A model generated the notes under the pieces. The model saw only the letters and a list, made by a program, of their open reading frames with translations, searched no databases and had not been told where the DNA came from. From contig JAYWIR010000006.1 in the NCBI GenBank assembly GCA_036172245.1, forward strand, positions 1,364,001 to 1,428,000: a DNA stretch of 64,000 nucleotides, written 5' to 3'. Origin of the DNA: Raillietiella orientalis (lineage: Eukaryota). The translations under genes were made by a program, and so were the position numbers. Below, piece by piece: positions 36,521 through 49,850 of this stretch (position 1 is its first letter; each line of letters starts with the position of its first letter).

Positions 36521-39500
36521 CCGAGCGAATACAATGCCTCCTCGAGAAGGAAGAAAGCGAATCTGGGGAAGAGTGTCTCAGGGCGGGCCCGCCTTCTCCT
36601 CCCGCTCCTCCCCTCCCCTTGCCCCCCCTGACGCAAGGGAACACTGCTCGCGCCTTCCTCCGGCAGGCAGTCCCGGTGGCCTGTCCGGGGGGCGGGCGCA
36701 CGATGCATCCATGAGGAATCCGTCGTAAGTGGTGGGGGAGGGGGAAGTCGTTCGCGCTCGCTCGGGAACGAGGGTCAATCGTCACGCGAGATCCCGGCCA
36801 GCGGCCGTCGCATCTGGTCATCCGAGCCCCGAGATGCCCACCATGGAAAAAAACCGGCAGGGAAGTGGCGAAGACCCCCCTCAGAACGGGTGGAAGCATG
36901 GCTTTGCTTCCACCTCCCTCCCTCCCTCCCTCCTCTCTCTTTCTGTCTGAGTCTCCCTCTTTCTCTCTCGCGCGCGCACGTACGCACTCTCCTTGCGACC
37001 GCCCATTCGTCCGCGCGGACACGGAGGCCGACGAGGCAGCGCATGTGGCCGATGCGATGGAGGTAGCGACGGGTCAAGACTCAGTCAGTCGGTTCGCCGG
37101 TGTCCCGAGACTCCCTTCTGCGCCGCTTTTCAGACCGCACCACCTCGCCGCACTTCTCGTGGGAACGGCGGCGACCGCCATGCAGCCCCCCCTTCGATGG
37201 AGGCCACGCCCCTTCTCCTATTTCGGTCGCCGCCGTCGCTCTTGCGGACGGCGGCGGAAGGTGACCGGGGCGAGGAGGCAGCTGGTTGGCTCCATCCCTG
37301 CTGCGGTCTGGCGCATCCCGGCCCACGGAAGGCTCTCATGGTGCCTCCGTCCCTCGAGGGTTCTGCTTGAGGGTGCGCAGCGCCGTTCCCTCGGTAAGGG
37401 GGCGATCTGGCACTCCGACAAGATGGCATTGCGATGTCCCGCGCAGCGCCCCCCCCCCCCCCCCCATCCCCAACTTGGGAAGTACAGTGTCGCGGGCTTT
37501 CCCGAGGGAGGAGTTCCGGGAGAATCTTCTTCCCGCCTGCGGGTGTGGCTTCGCCTGCCGGTCGGACCAGCTTGGGACCTCCACTGCAGCTCTCCTTGAG
37601 TCCCGTGCTTTTTCAGCCGATCTTCCACGGAAACGGGAAGGGCCCTTCCGCGCATCCCGCGGCGGGCCGCTTCCTCGACGACGCTGTCCTCTGGGCTCTT
37701 TCCTCGTCATCTCCCGAAAGAGAGGTGGGGAGACCAGGAGGGAGCGCTCCTCGTCGGACCGTGTGCTACGGCAGCCATGCGCCACTCCCGTGACCGGTGC
37801 GCGAAGAGCCACGTGCAGGCACATGCGTTTCCCCCCCCCCCCCCGCAGGTCTCTCTGCCGTAGCCGTCGTCGGTCTCCTGGCCCCACGCGCCCTTGGTGG
37901 CGAGCTGCTGCCCGTCCTTGCGATGCCACGAAAGCCCCTCTCCGTGAAGTGACCTTCGTCGGCCAGGCCCTCGGGATCCGGGCAGGGAATTCCCGGGCTC
38001 CCCTGGAGGGACGGTCACGTTCCGCTTGCCCGCCCCTGTCCCTCGTGCCGTGCCCCCCCCCCCCCTCCTTTCCTCCTTTCGCCTTGCCCTCACGGAAGCA
38101 GCCTCAAAGGGACAGATAGCGGAGGCGACTCTGGCGACCCCAGAGCGGAGCGAAAGCCTGGAGCGTGCACCCCGGGCACCTCCGCGTGGGAGGTCTCCCT
38201 GGTCAGAGGGGAACAGGAGGGTGGCCCCACAGTCCTGGCCATCCCCCTTTCAACTTTCTCCCTCGCAAGATGCTGTGTAAGGGTCGAAAGACTGCGTGAG
38301 CCGGTTCTCCATGGCAACCCTTCCCTTCCTCCTTCCCGCTCGTGCTCTCGTCCCTCGGGAGACCTCCAGCGGGAAGAGATCTCCTGGGGGATTGCGGAGA
38401 CGCTGCCAAGGCTGCCGTGGGATCATCAACGATCGGCAGCAGCACGGAACTTCGCCTGGGGAGCGGAGAAGGGGGCTCACGCAAGGGGCGCGGCGGGATC
38501 AGAGAAGGGGAGAAGCGACCGTTCCCACCGGGAAAGGTGCTCCCACGGCACGTGTCGCGAACCTCGCCGTCGCCACGGCAACGGAAGGAAGGGTGCGCGC
38601 ACTCGCGGAAGAAGCCGACGCTTCAGCTGTCACCTCAACCATCCAACTGGGGAGGAGGGGCCTCCAGGACGACCGTGCTGCCGGATCCCATGCTCCCGGA
38701 AATTCTGCCGGAAGGGCACGTCCCGGCGCCAGTGTGACCTTGCGCAGAGTCTTCCCGGCTGCGAGGCACGGGCGGTCGTAGAGCCAGAGGGAACCCCTCG
38801 TCCCGGAATCTTCGCGCGGGAGCGGGCCGGTCCCCGCAAAAGAGGAGATCAAAGGATGATCCACCGCAGCCACCCACCTCGAACGCCAGAGATCTATGCG
38901 CGCGCGGAGCGGGCGGAGGGGGGAAGTGCTCCTGCTGCTAGGCAGCCGGCAGTTGATCCAGCAGACACTCCGGTCATCGGGCTGGCTTTGGGGAGGTCGC
39001 TCATGGGCGGGAGCTCGGGAGCGGAACTCCCGGGAGAAGCGGGAAGCGAGGGAAGAATGGGAGGAACCTTGCCTATCCTGGTGGCGCTGCGGCGGCCATG
39101 GGTAGGGGATGAGGGGTGGAGGGCAAGGGTCGTTGTCGACTCATCCGGTGGTGACCGGCAAGCCACGCTCCGTTCTTCGGGGTCTCCCCTCCTTCCCCGA
39201 AGCGAATGGAGCTTCCGGGAGAGCCGGGCGCCGACCTTCGGACAGGGGCCGACGGTTGCTGCTCTGCTCAGGAGACGACACATCGATGGTGCACCCCGCC
39301 CGGGAGCGAGTCGTCAACGGCGAAAAGCGGCAGCTCATGCGCGCGTGGCTTCCAAAATGAGTTTTTTTTTTTTTTTTTCTCTCACGCATTCTCGCTAGGA
39401 TGCGGGAGGGAAGAGGAAGGGGGGAGGGGGGGGGGGAAGAAGAGGAGGAGGAGGAAGCATGTAGGGCGGGAGCGTGCTGGGAGGTGGCGGCGGAGGGCAC

Positions 39501-40572
39501 TCTGCGCTGGTCCTCGCCGACGAAGCGCGGCGACGTTGAGGACGGAGCGGAGCCGGGGGCGCAAAGAAAAACGGCCAGGCGGCAGGCGGAGCGTTCTCGG
39601 TAGGCGCTCGAGCCACCAGAGACGTGCAATCCGCTTATTCCACTCTCCTCCCGCATTTTCTCGGCAGCAGCTTCCGTCGGTCTTCTTGCCCGGAACTGTC
39701 GCCGTCCAACCGGAGGGGAGTGGAAGGAGGATAGTGCGCGCGAGTACGGGACGAGGGAGAGGGGGAGGTTCCGCGAGCAAGCTGCTCGAGCCCTGAGCTC
39801 TTGTTGCCCTGGAGACTGTCGCGGCACGACGGCACGGTGTTTACGGAGCCGCAGAGGTCACTTGAGCGGGTGCGATTCTCGTCGCGACACCGAGGGAATG
39901 CCAGGGAGTCCGGAGAAGACGCGGGTGACCTTCCTCCCTCCTCCTCCTTTTCTTCCCTTCCTCCCCTTCTCTGTATCGCACCGGCAACGCTGACGAACTG
40001 TCACTACTCACTCGTTCTGTGTGGGTGCCGCAGTACGCCCTGCTCTCCCGTATGCGAGGGTGGGGAGGACCGCAGCGATGCAACCGGCAGCTGCCTTTTC
40101 ACCTCGGGAAGGCGCGAGCGAAGCAGTCGCCGCTGCTCGGGACGGACAGAAGGGAGGCGCGCAAACGGAAGCTTTTCCGTTGTGGGGGAGCCGTGAACCT
40201 TCCCCCCCTACCCCCTCCCTCTCCGACTCCAGTAAGTCCCGAAAAGGGACGTGGTCTCCTGGCCGAACTACTGAGATCCAGTGGAGTCCGAGTGTCCCGT
40301 GGACTCCCGCCGGCAGCGTTTCCCAACAGTTTTCCGGGGGTTCACCGTTTGCGGCGGCAGGAGAGCAGAGTCGCTGAAGATGTTCCGCGAACGGGTTCGG
40401 GAACCACGGGCGGATAGGAGAAAACCCGCGGCGCCGCATCTCACGCGATCCCCCTGATGGATGTTTCGTGGTGAGGCAACAGCAACGTTTCGAAGCCAAG
40501 GAACCGTCCGCTTGCGCGTTTCCTGAGCAACGGGGTAAACGTGTAGCTCAAGTAAGAGGAGGAAACTCGAGC

Positions 40573-41490
40573 AAACAATGCATGACGGAACCGACGCCTC
40601 CAACAATGGAAGTTGGGGGAGGAGGCGGAGGAGCAGAATGTGCTCATAGCGACAGCACGGAATGTTTGTCCCCCCACTTTCAGGCGTTGCATGGCACCCC
40701 GAGTGGCGACACAGAACTCCAAGAGAGGATGTTGGAGACAAACACGAAAGTCACCAAACGAGATGCGATCCGGGGGAGGGGGAGGGAGGGAGGGGGAAGG
40801 CAGCCGTCCTCTGAGAGAGAGTCCTCTCTTCCTCCAGCTCCCGAGCCCTCGCCGCTGTAGGCAGTGGAAGGGGAGGCACGGTAGGAGAGAATCCTTAAGG
40901 TCACCAGGCCTGAGGTCCTAGGGAGCTGCGGAGAGTCTCCAGGCAGCTGCTCTCGCAGTTGACCTGCGGTCCCAGCGGGGGGGAAGGGGGGGGGAGAATG
41001 AGATCCGCAAGCACGCTATAGCTGCCACCGCGAGCCACCGTCTGGAAGTTGCGATCTTTGGGTTCTGAACCGAAGCTCGGGGCGACGCCAGCTATCCCAT
41101 GCGAGGGAGCAGCTGCGCTCCGCTGTCGGCGAAGCATCAACGCCTTCCACCGGGGAGCTCTGGCTCCGCGGAACGAGATGGTGCCGAATCGATTTCCTGC
41201 TTGCCTGTCTTCCTTCATCGGAACGTATCGATCAAACCCAACGCAAAGACGTCTTCTTTTGCCGTCGTAGTTTCACCCCCAAGCCAAGAAGAGTGGGGGG
41301 TCCACGCTGCTGCTCGGACCTGCGTCAGCTGTGCCGTCGTCACCAGGGCGGGGAGTGCGTTCGAGGGTGCCGCGGAGGACGACGGAATGCGCCGCCGGCG
41401 CCAGCCGCATCAACAATTTGACTGTGTGCTGCCAATAAAAGCGGCGAGGCAAGGAAACAATGCAGCACGGAATCGACGCCTCTAACAATG
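40573..41490 (+). repeat. Dispersed direct repeat pair of 36 bp (40573-40608 and 41455-41490), each containing two AACAATG
   Basis: aaacaatgcatgacggaaccgacgcctccaacaatg vs aaacaatgcagcacggaatcgacgcctctaacaatg: 32/36 identical. Confidence 0.85.
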
Positions 41491-41577
41491 AGGGGAGGGG
41501 AGGGGGCGGTCGGGCGCCGAACTATTCGTCCGTTGCTTTCCAGGAGCAGCAGGTGGCCACCGGCCCGACGTCCTCAG

Positions 41578-42290
41578 CTAAAAAAACAGCAATCGAAAAT
41601 AATAAAAAATAATCGAGGTAGTTACATGAAATAAAGATGGTAAAATAATAAAAAAGGCATGAAAGCAATAAGAATAGTAAAATAAAAGTAATAGAATAAA
41701 GATTAAAAATAAAAATAACGCAGTAATAAGTAAAAACAAAAATAATACAATGAAATAGTATGATCAAAATAATGTAACTGAATAGAAGCAATAATAGTAA
41801 ACGAATAAGAACAAAAATTGAAGTTGAATAAACATAAAAGACGAAAAGAGTAAAAAGAAAAAATGTAGGAAGGAAATCAAAATAATTTTAAAAAAAAATA
41901 AGAAAAATTAAAGTATAAAAATAAAAATCATGACAACAATAAGAACAATAAAAATCAAAAATATGAAAATAAAATGTAAGATGAGAAATAGCAATATGAT
42001 TGAAATAAAAAACGAACAAGAATAATAAAAATAAACAAGTAATAGTAATAGTGAAATGATAAAAATAAGTATTAATAAAGTAATACTAAAAAGAATACTA
42101 ATACTAATAATAAAGCAACAATAATAACAACAATAATAAAGCAACAATAATAATAACAACAATAAATAACAGTAATAATAATAACAATAAAAAACAACAA
42201 TAATAAAAACAATAAAACAAGTTAACAATAATAAAATGGAAATATTGAAATGGCAATAAAAATAGTAATAGTAACCATGATAATAATAGG
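41578..42290. repeat. Degenerate A-rich (AAT/AAC/AAAAT)n low-complexity tract
   Basis: About 710 nt dominated by A, with aataat, aacaat and aaaaat units and sharp boundaries against GC-rich flanks. Confidence 0.9.
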
Positions 42291-44479
42291 ATTCAGGCGT
42301 GATTTCTGTTCGGTGACTTTCACGGAGGCTGCATGTGGTCGGAGGTGCATCACGGAGGCTGCGGTCCCTGCAGTCTGCCCTGCATTTCGGGCCCGGGAAT
42401 GTCGGGCTGGCGGCAACGCGGCTTCCCCGTCCGCCGGGGTCGGGACCCTGGCAGGGAGCTCAGCCGAAAGGCCGCTGCCTCTGCAGAGTGCGCACTCGAG
42501 GGCGAGAGCGGGCCAGGGCGGTCGACGCGGCCAGCTCGAAAGGGCAGATCGAGGGCAGGGCTTCCGGCTTTCAGGAGACCTCCTGCTTCCCCCCCCCCCC
42601 TCCCCTTTCGAAACCCGTTTCTCTTGCCTCTGCCCGTGGATTCCCAGTACGAGCCGATCGCCATCTCCCCAGAGGGAGCAGGGGCAGCGCGCGGCCTCCT
42701 CCTCGCCCCGGATGTGTCTGGCGGCCATTTTTATTTAAGTGGACGAAAAGAGGCAGGAGGAATGTCAGACTGCCTGCGCATCCACAGGGGTCGCAACCCC
42801 TTAGCGGGAAGCACCGGTGAGGGAGAAGTCCGGAACGGACCGGCCTCCCGGGACCAACGACTCCCTAGGGCGCGCTTCCCCTGGGGACGGAGCGGGTAGA
42901 GGGAAAGGACGGAGGGACACGCGCGCGCGCCGGCCATCTTCAAAACCTCTGGTGCGTTCCGTTAGGGGAGCTTCGACCTTCCGGGGCCGCGTCGTTCTGC
43001 GATCCTCCTCCTGCTGTTGCGAGGAAAAGTCGGTCGCCGCCGGCATCCACGGCCGCGCGCCGGGCTTCAACGCTGCAAGGGGTGGCGCTCGCGAGTTCGC
43101 TCTGGAGATGCGGCCGGGGGGCGATTGCGAAGGAACGGATGGAACAGCGACGTTTTCCCCCCGTCCCTGCTCGAGACGGGCCACCGTCCCCCCGTCGCCA
43201 GGGCTACCACCGCGTCCGTCCGTGCGTCCGTCCCTCCCTCCTCCTCCTCCTCCTCCTCCTCCTCCTCCTGCCAGCTGGCCGCGTCGTCCCCGCAGTCTTC
43301 CAGGGGGCTGTTTGTGCGTTCGTCTTCGCGAGTCGCCAATTAGCGGAGGGGAGCCGAGGTGTTTGCTCCTGAGAGACGCGCGCGGAGGTGGAGATGCGAG
43401 GACCAGCGGAGCGTTCAAATATTTGAATGGCAAACAGGTCACAACAATCGCAGGCTCTCTCCCCGCGGGTCGCGGCGCTCCGCTTCCGCGATGCTTCCTT
43501 TGTTGATTCCTCCCCCCCCCTCCCCCTCCTCCTGGTCAGGTGTCGACGCTCACGCCCCCGGGCGACGAGCGCTCAGGCGCCCTGCCAACTTCTCGATGGA
43601 CCCTAAGGTCTGCTCCTTCCGCTCCCTGCCTGTCGCCATCTGATGGCGCTTCTTCCGGCGCCTACCGACAGGACGGGAAGTCTGCCGCAGACTCGAGTTC
43701 AGAGATGGCCGGCACACGCGAGGGGCCGCGCTCTCTCCATCTCTTCGCTCCACACGACTGCGGCGCCCCCCCTCCACTCCCTTCTCCTCAGGCGGTCGCC
43801 GGGAAAGCGGGGGCCATCCAGATGAGGGAGGCGCGCCCTCTCGGTGAGCGCGCGGATTCAGTCGCAGGACCGCTCTCGCACGCTACCGACCGCTTCAGGG
43901 ACGTGGTGCGCTCGCCGCCCGGAACCCAACGCCCGTCACAACGCTCCCTCGCGCCCGCGTTCTGTTCCCTTTCCTGGCCTACCCCTTCCTTCCCTGCGGC
44001 TCCGCCGCGGGGAGTGCGTGCGCATCAGGCGGAGGAGGGCGGGAGTCAGGCGCAAATTTCACTCTCCCCCCCCCTTCTCCCTGCGCGCGTCTGCGCGCTT
44101 ATCAGTAGCCCGAGGGTCTCCAGAGGGCCATCCGGAAGACCCTGTTCAGGCAGACCGGTGCGCCAGCAGCGGTTCTCCTCGCGCGAGTTCCTCGGCAGCG
44201 GCAGCGACGAAAACGACCCGACGGCGCCTGCTGTCGGTCCGTGTCTCTCGGCTTCCCGTCGGCAACCGGCTTCCCTGTGCGGGGTCCTCCCTGTGCTTCG
44301 CGGCTCCGGCCCTACCGTGGATCCGGGACGCTCCCACCGCGCCGAGTTACACCAACAGGAAGGACTCCGGTCCTCCGGCGGACCCCCAGTGGGGCTCGGC
44401 AGCTCGGGTGCAGAGGAAATGCATCCGCTTTTAGCACCTCCGTTTACAAAAGTCCAAGGGTGGTCGTGGCGCTTTCACG

Positions 44480-44640
44480 TCGTAGAGCACGGAAAGCAAA
44501 TGCACAGAGTTCTAGAAACAAACAAACACGAGACGGAGATATCTACAGTTGCTAGGCAACTGCTTCACCTGGACGTTCGCACCGGAGCGCCTCTCCTTCT
44601 CTCTGTGTCGGGTCTCAGGTCCTGGGGCCATCCCCTCAGC
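44480..44640 (+). mobile_element. Possible LINE ORF1 zinc-knuckle remnant
   Basis: LGNCFTWTF..GAPLL..LCRV...WGH, read across frameshifts, resembles Tx1 ORF1 ..F.v.y.Gq...C..C...GH. Confidence 0.25.
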
Positions 44641-46741
44641 TCCGGAAAAAGGAATGTCACTTTCCCCAGGCGAGCTGGGGGGAGGAGGGAAGGGAGAGGC
44701 GTTCCCCTCCTCTTTCCAGCAAGCTGGATGGCGGGGGGGAGGGAGGGAACGAAGTGAAAACAAAAGATGGAAGAAGCTGAAAAAGAGCGACAGAGCCATC
44801 ACCTACGGATCTTCCCGTGGTCGAGTTCCCCGCGCTCTCTCACCAAACCTCGCGTACAATTTTTCGGCTTCCGGCTCGCCGCGTATCGACTGACCGGAAG
44901 GGACGATCCGAAAACCGGGGAGAGCTCGGAATAGGAGCAGGGAGCCCTCCCGTGCCCGCGCTCGTGGGGAACCCCTCCCCCCCCCCACACACACACACTC
45001 TCCTTCCCCCCGTAGGGCTGTCGCCGTCGCGCACATGGCCGCATTGCCGTGGACTCCGTGGGGCACAAACATTCTCGCCGTCGATGAGGCCCACTACAGC
45101 GTGTCAAGTGAAAGGGCACCTCCAATTTGGTGTTCAAAATTCGATCTTGCGAATGCGCGCGTTTCATCCGTCTCTTCTGAAAACAAAGCGAAAAAAAAAA
45201 AAAAAAACGATGCTTTTTTCCCCCCCAGGGCATCGTGTTGTTGCCGTTCCGTTGTTGTTGTTGCTGTTGTAGCCTGTCGTTGTCTTGTTTGCCCCTTTAT
45301 GAAGGAACGGAAAATTTGCCAGTTCTCGAATACATTAAATTATCGATCTTTTACGAACCGTTCAGTTGAAAATCGATGTCTGCACGGTGACCAAGATTTA
45401 TACGGATGACACGGTGCAGCAACGATATGTCGTCCCGAGAGCAAGCAAATGATAATAATCATGATGATGATGATAATGATAAAATTCGCTTCCCCCCCCT
45501 ACGTCGTTGCACGCACTTCGTGATCTTCCCGGGACCGGGAAGAAAAAAATCAACCTATCGTAACCCGGCGCCGGTTCGACGATTGCGCAGGGACGGAGGG
45601 GAAGGTGCGAACCAGACTGCTCCCCCTCCTCCCGGACCCAAAGGAGGCCCTTTCCGTCGCTTCAAGAAGCGGTCGGACTCTTCTTGTCCAGCTGTCTGCA
45701 GCGGAATCGTGCTTTATGGTCCCGGTCATCAACGCGGGCATCTTTCCTTCTCGAACGGCTAGCGCAAAGTCCGATTTCCGAAGCAACGGCGAGGCGCAGC
45801 TCGATTTCTTCGCTGTTTTTTTTTTTCTTCTTCTTCTTCTTCTTCTTCTTCTTCTTCTTCCCCTCCCCCCCTCCCCTCCCCCGCCCCGCCGCCGCCGCCG
45901 CCACTTTCCAAGTCCATTTGGTCAAAGTCCTTTTTTTTTCTGGCGATGCAAAAAAAGTCACTAATCGTTGCATAATGCGATAATGGCAATCAGCCGGACA
46001 ACACGTGACGGGGCAACAATGGGTAGTCGCGGACGCACTGATTGTCGTTACCTCGTTGCGCCTAAGCTAAACGGAGTTTCCATGGTGCCCATTATCTTTG
46101 GCTGTGATTCCACAGTATGCTAATTTGGCTTTGCGCCAAAATTTCGTTTCCATTTCCTCCTCGAGATAGTGGCCATATTTTATCCGATTTGCTTCATTCT
46201 GGCCAATCGGCAAGACAGGTTTATTGGTAACAGGAATAAGAAATAACTTATGCAGCATAGCTGATTCCTGTGTCTCATGACGACTTGCGTTCTGTTTCTT
46301 AATGTGTAGCAAAACTTGAAGAATAAATGAATTAATTTCTTGAAGTAGGAGCTGGAAGGGAAGGGGAGGGGGGAAAGGAGAGAGAGAGGGAGAGAGAGAG
46401 AAAACAAAGGAGAAAAGTAGGCAAGGAACGCACATGCACACAAAAAGGCAAACAAGCGAATTGCCCAGGAGCCACCTTCTTGTTTTTCCTTTCTCTATAA
46501 ATTCCACACGGCTGAACCTTCCTCGAAATTCAGACCGCGGTTGATCCGTCGGCAGCTCGCCGCCGATTTGCGCGGGAGCACCGCATCCCGGGTCACCTGG
46601 CCCGGCGTCGGACGGGAAGACGAAGGCGAGGCAGGCAAACGGCCTCCCCCACCCACCCACCCACCCACCTTCTGCAGCATTCGTTTCCTCTGCGGACGTC
46701 CAAGACGGCCGCGCGCGGTTTCCGAGCTCGCCGCCGCCGAG

Positions 46742-46778
<37 letters not shown>

Positions 46779-49569
46779 CTTCTTCCTCCCCCCTGCGCCT
46801 CGCGAAGGGAGGGGCGCGAATGCGTGCAGGGCGAGACGGAAGCCGCCCGCTCGGGTTGATGAGCGGAGGCACCCGGGAGCCCCGCGCGCCGCTCGGAGAT
46901 CGGCTTCTTCGCGCCCCCCCCCTCCCGCCCCCAACGCTCGGACGGCGCACGTTGTCAACCCCCCCCCTCCCCTCCCCTCCTCTCCGGCGGTGCCCGCGTG
47001 AGCAAAGTGGCGCTTTTTGACGAATTTTCGTCTCGATTTTCCCCCGGCAGGAGACGGCCGCGCGAAGCCAGGAAAAGGCGTGCGCTGTCGAACGATCGTT
47101 AAAAACTACATATATTATGCATTTCCGAAACGCATATCCCCCGGCTTTCTCAGCACACATCAAAGGGGAACAAGGAGAAAAAGAAGGGGGAGGGAAAAAA
47201 GGCAGGAAGATCAAACCCAGCGTTTTTTTTTCCCCCTTCTTCTTCTTCTTCTTCTTCTTCTTCCCCCCCTCCTCCCCCCCTCCCCTTGGAAAAAGAAGCT
47301 CTCGGATTGCTCACACGGATCGAAATAAAATTCATCGAGGTGATTATTTTGGTAACACGTGACGTCATTTGTTAGCAATGGATGTCTTCTGAGTCACTCC
47401 GCATCATTAAAAGTTAACACTCAGCAGTATCTCAGTGATGTGAATTTTTCATAGTCCTGTCACGAACACCTGACCCCTCCCCATTTCCGTCCGAGTTCCA
47501 AGTGTCGAGTGTCGCAAGCGGTGTTTTTGCTGCTCTCAGGATGTCGGACGGAATTCCTCAAACAGGGCGCACGTTAAGTGAGGAGCGAATAAATCACGGC
47601 AATCCGGAGAGGCAGCAGCTCCGAACCCTCTTCTTGCCGGTTTCCGCCGACCCCTCCCTGCGTGTAGCCCGCGAGCTCCCCGCACCCGCCCGTTCGCCCG
47701 GCGAGGAGTAGCCGAGGGGGAAGAGCGCGCGCGGTGTTTTCGCTGCTTCCTCGCGTGGCACCTTCATGATCACCTCGTTTTGCACGGAGGGTAGGAAGAC
47801 CTCTCTCTCCGTCCCCTCGACCCCTCCCTCCCCCCACAACACGGTGCGCACGCGCGCGCAGCCAGCGTGAGCGCGCTAGCGCCTCGAAAGCGCCCAGGCA
47901 GCCCAGACTGCGGTGATGCGAGCGGTTCAAGGACGCTGGTCGTCGCTCCATCCGTGCCCGAGCGCAGGGCGTTCGGAAGGCGGCAAGAAGAGCGCACAGC
48001 TTTGACGGCGGCGGCGGCGGCGGCGGCGGCGGAAAGGTGGAGGGAGGGGGAGGAAGGGGCTGCACACGGCGCAAGTCGCGCCGCTCCGCACAAGCGCGAG
48101 AGGAACGCGCCAGCTGGCGCGCGCCAGCCGGGTGGTGGTGGTGGTAGTGGCTGGGGTAGTGGTACGTTTCCTCCTGACCTCTCGGAGGAGGCAGCCGGCG
48201 CCGCGCTGATCACCTGGGAAAGCCGGCGTGTACGCCGGAAATCGGCGACCTTCGGGCGAGCTCCCGCCGACAGGATCTTCCCCGACTCCGTCTCTTCCCC
48301 CTCTCCTCCTCTCTCCCTCCCTCTCCCTCCTCCCTTTCGAGCGGGCGAGCCGCTCACGCCTCGCGCGCGCGCAGACGACGGCTTGTTCGCCGGAGAGGTC
48401 GCAGAGGTGAGCAGGGGTGACAGGGGCTGCGCGCGCGCATGGGGAGGGAAGGGAAGGGAGGGCGGAAACAGGGTGCGGGCGCGTCTCCTGTTTCGGTGAC
48501 TCTCTCCTTCCCCGCCTCCTCCCATCTTGAAGGCCCACGTGAAGGAGCGTCGCCGTGCTGACTCGAGGGCACGCCGGAGGCACCGCCGCCCTTGAAAGAG
48601 CGAGGCGTGTGAGATGCTGCGCCCTCATAGGGGACCTCTGAGTGAGGGGGAGGGTGTGCAGCACGGATCCACGGCTGCTCCGGTGCCGAAGATTTCATCC
48701 TCGCCGCCGTCGCGCAACCAAGACGATGCATCGCAGCGTCACCGGCGCCGGGAACTCGCAGACGCGACAAGGTCTTCGTCACGAATCATGCGCGCCCCTG
48801 GACACCTCCGTCTCTCCAAAGACCCGATCGCACTTCCTTCCGATCAAAGTCGCCGAGGAGATTCAGCGACGGTGGGTGGCGATGGCAACGCGTCCTCCCT
48901 CTCCCTTCTCCCTTCTTGTCCTCTTTCTGCTCTTCCTTTCCTCCTCCTCCAGATCGTAGAGGAGGATGGAAGGGGAGAGCAGCAGCTACGTGATGGCCAT
49001 CCCCATGAAGGAGACTCTGATTCTCTGAGGGAGCTTCTGGGTATTTCCTGCTGGTCGATGGGGTGCTTCCTCCCTCCTCCTCCTTTCAGTCTTTCCTCCA
49101 GGAAGAAAAGCCATCTCGTGACCCTTCTCCTCGCGGTCGCCTTCCGGGGTGCGAGCTCGGGGAGCCGCGCTCGCACCTCGTCACCTCAGCAAGGCTGCGG
49201 AAGGACGGTGGCAGAGGCGACGAAGGGGCGACTCTTCCCCCCATCAGCCCTCGCTTCAGATGGACACTGACCGGTGTGCGCGTCCAGACGAAGCGAAGGA
49301 AGACTGACTGGCCACCAAATGATCACAGGGCCTTCGCTTTCTCCCCGGCACCCCCCAGACCGCTGCATCCGGGAAGGAGAGTCCCTCTCTGTGCCTCCTC
49401 TTGGGGTCGGCTCGGCTCGGAACACCAGAAAGTGAGCGAAACGGTCCGACTGGGGGAGAGGCACTCACTTGTTTGGGCAAAGGAGGTGGAAGGGGAGGGG
49501 AAGAGAGGAAATTCGATCGGAGACTGACAAAAGAGGGCTCGACGGGTGTTTCTGGCGAGAAGACTGAGA

Positions 49570-49850
49570 GGAGGCGAGGAAGAGGACATTCCAGGGATTC
49601 TCCAGGAAGCTGGGAACGAGTGGCAGCTGCCACAGGCGGTGGTAGACGGGAGTCAGGAGGGCTTTCGGAGACTGTTTGGGCACGACCCCAGGAGCTGTTC
49701 CTTGAGAAGGGGTCGCTCGGAGGTGATGATGGTCCAAGGATGGGGACAGTCCCCATCCTTGAACTAAAGAGAGAAGGGAAGGAGGCTGCCTTCCTCCTCT
49801 TCCTCGTGCTTCGAGGAGGCCAGTCAGCGAGTGTACACAGGCAAAAGAAC
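49570..49850 (+). mobile_element. Possible LINE ORF1 remnant with a decayed CCHC knuckle
   Basis: EEDIPGILQEAG...VPILELKREGKEA..SCFEE(G)QSASV resembles ...Gq...C..C.eeGH.a..C. Confidence 0.3.

Noticed and set aside
41522..42228. Two hydrophobic minus-strand ORFs that resemble membrane proteins
   Set aside because: They are simply translations of the T-rich strand of the AAT low-complexity tract.
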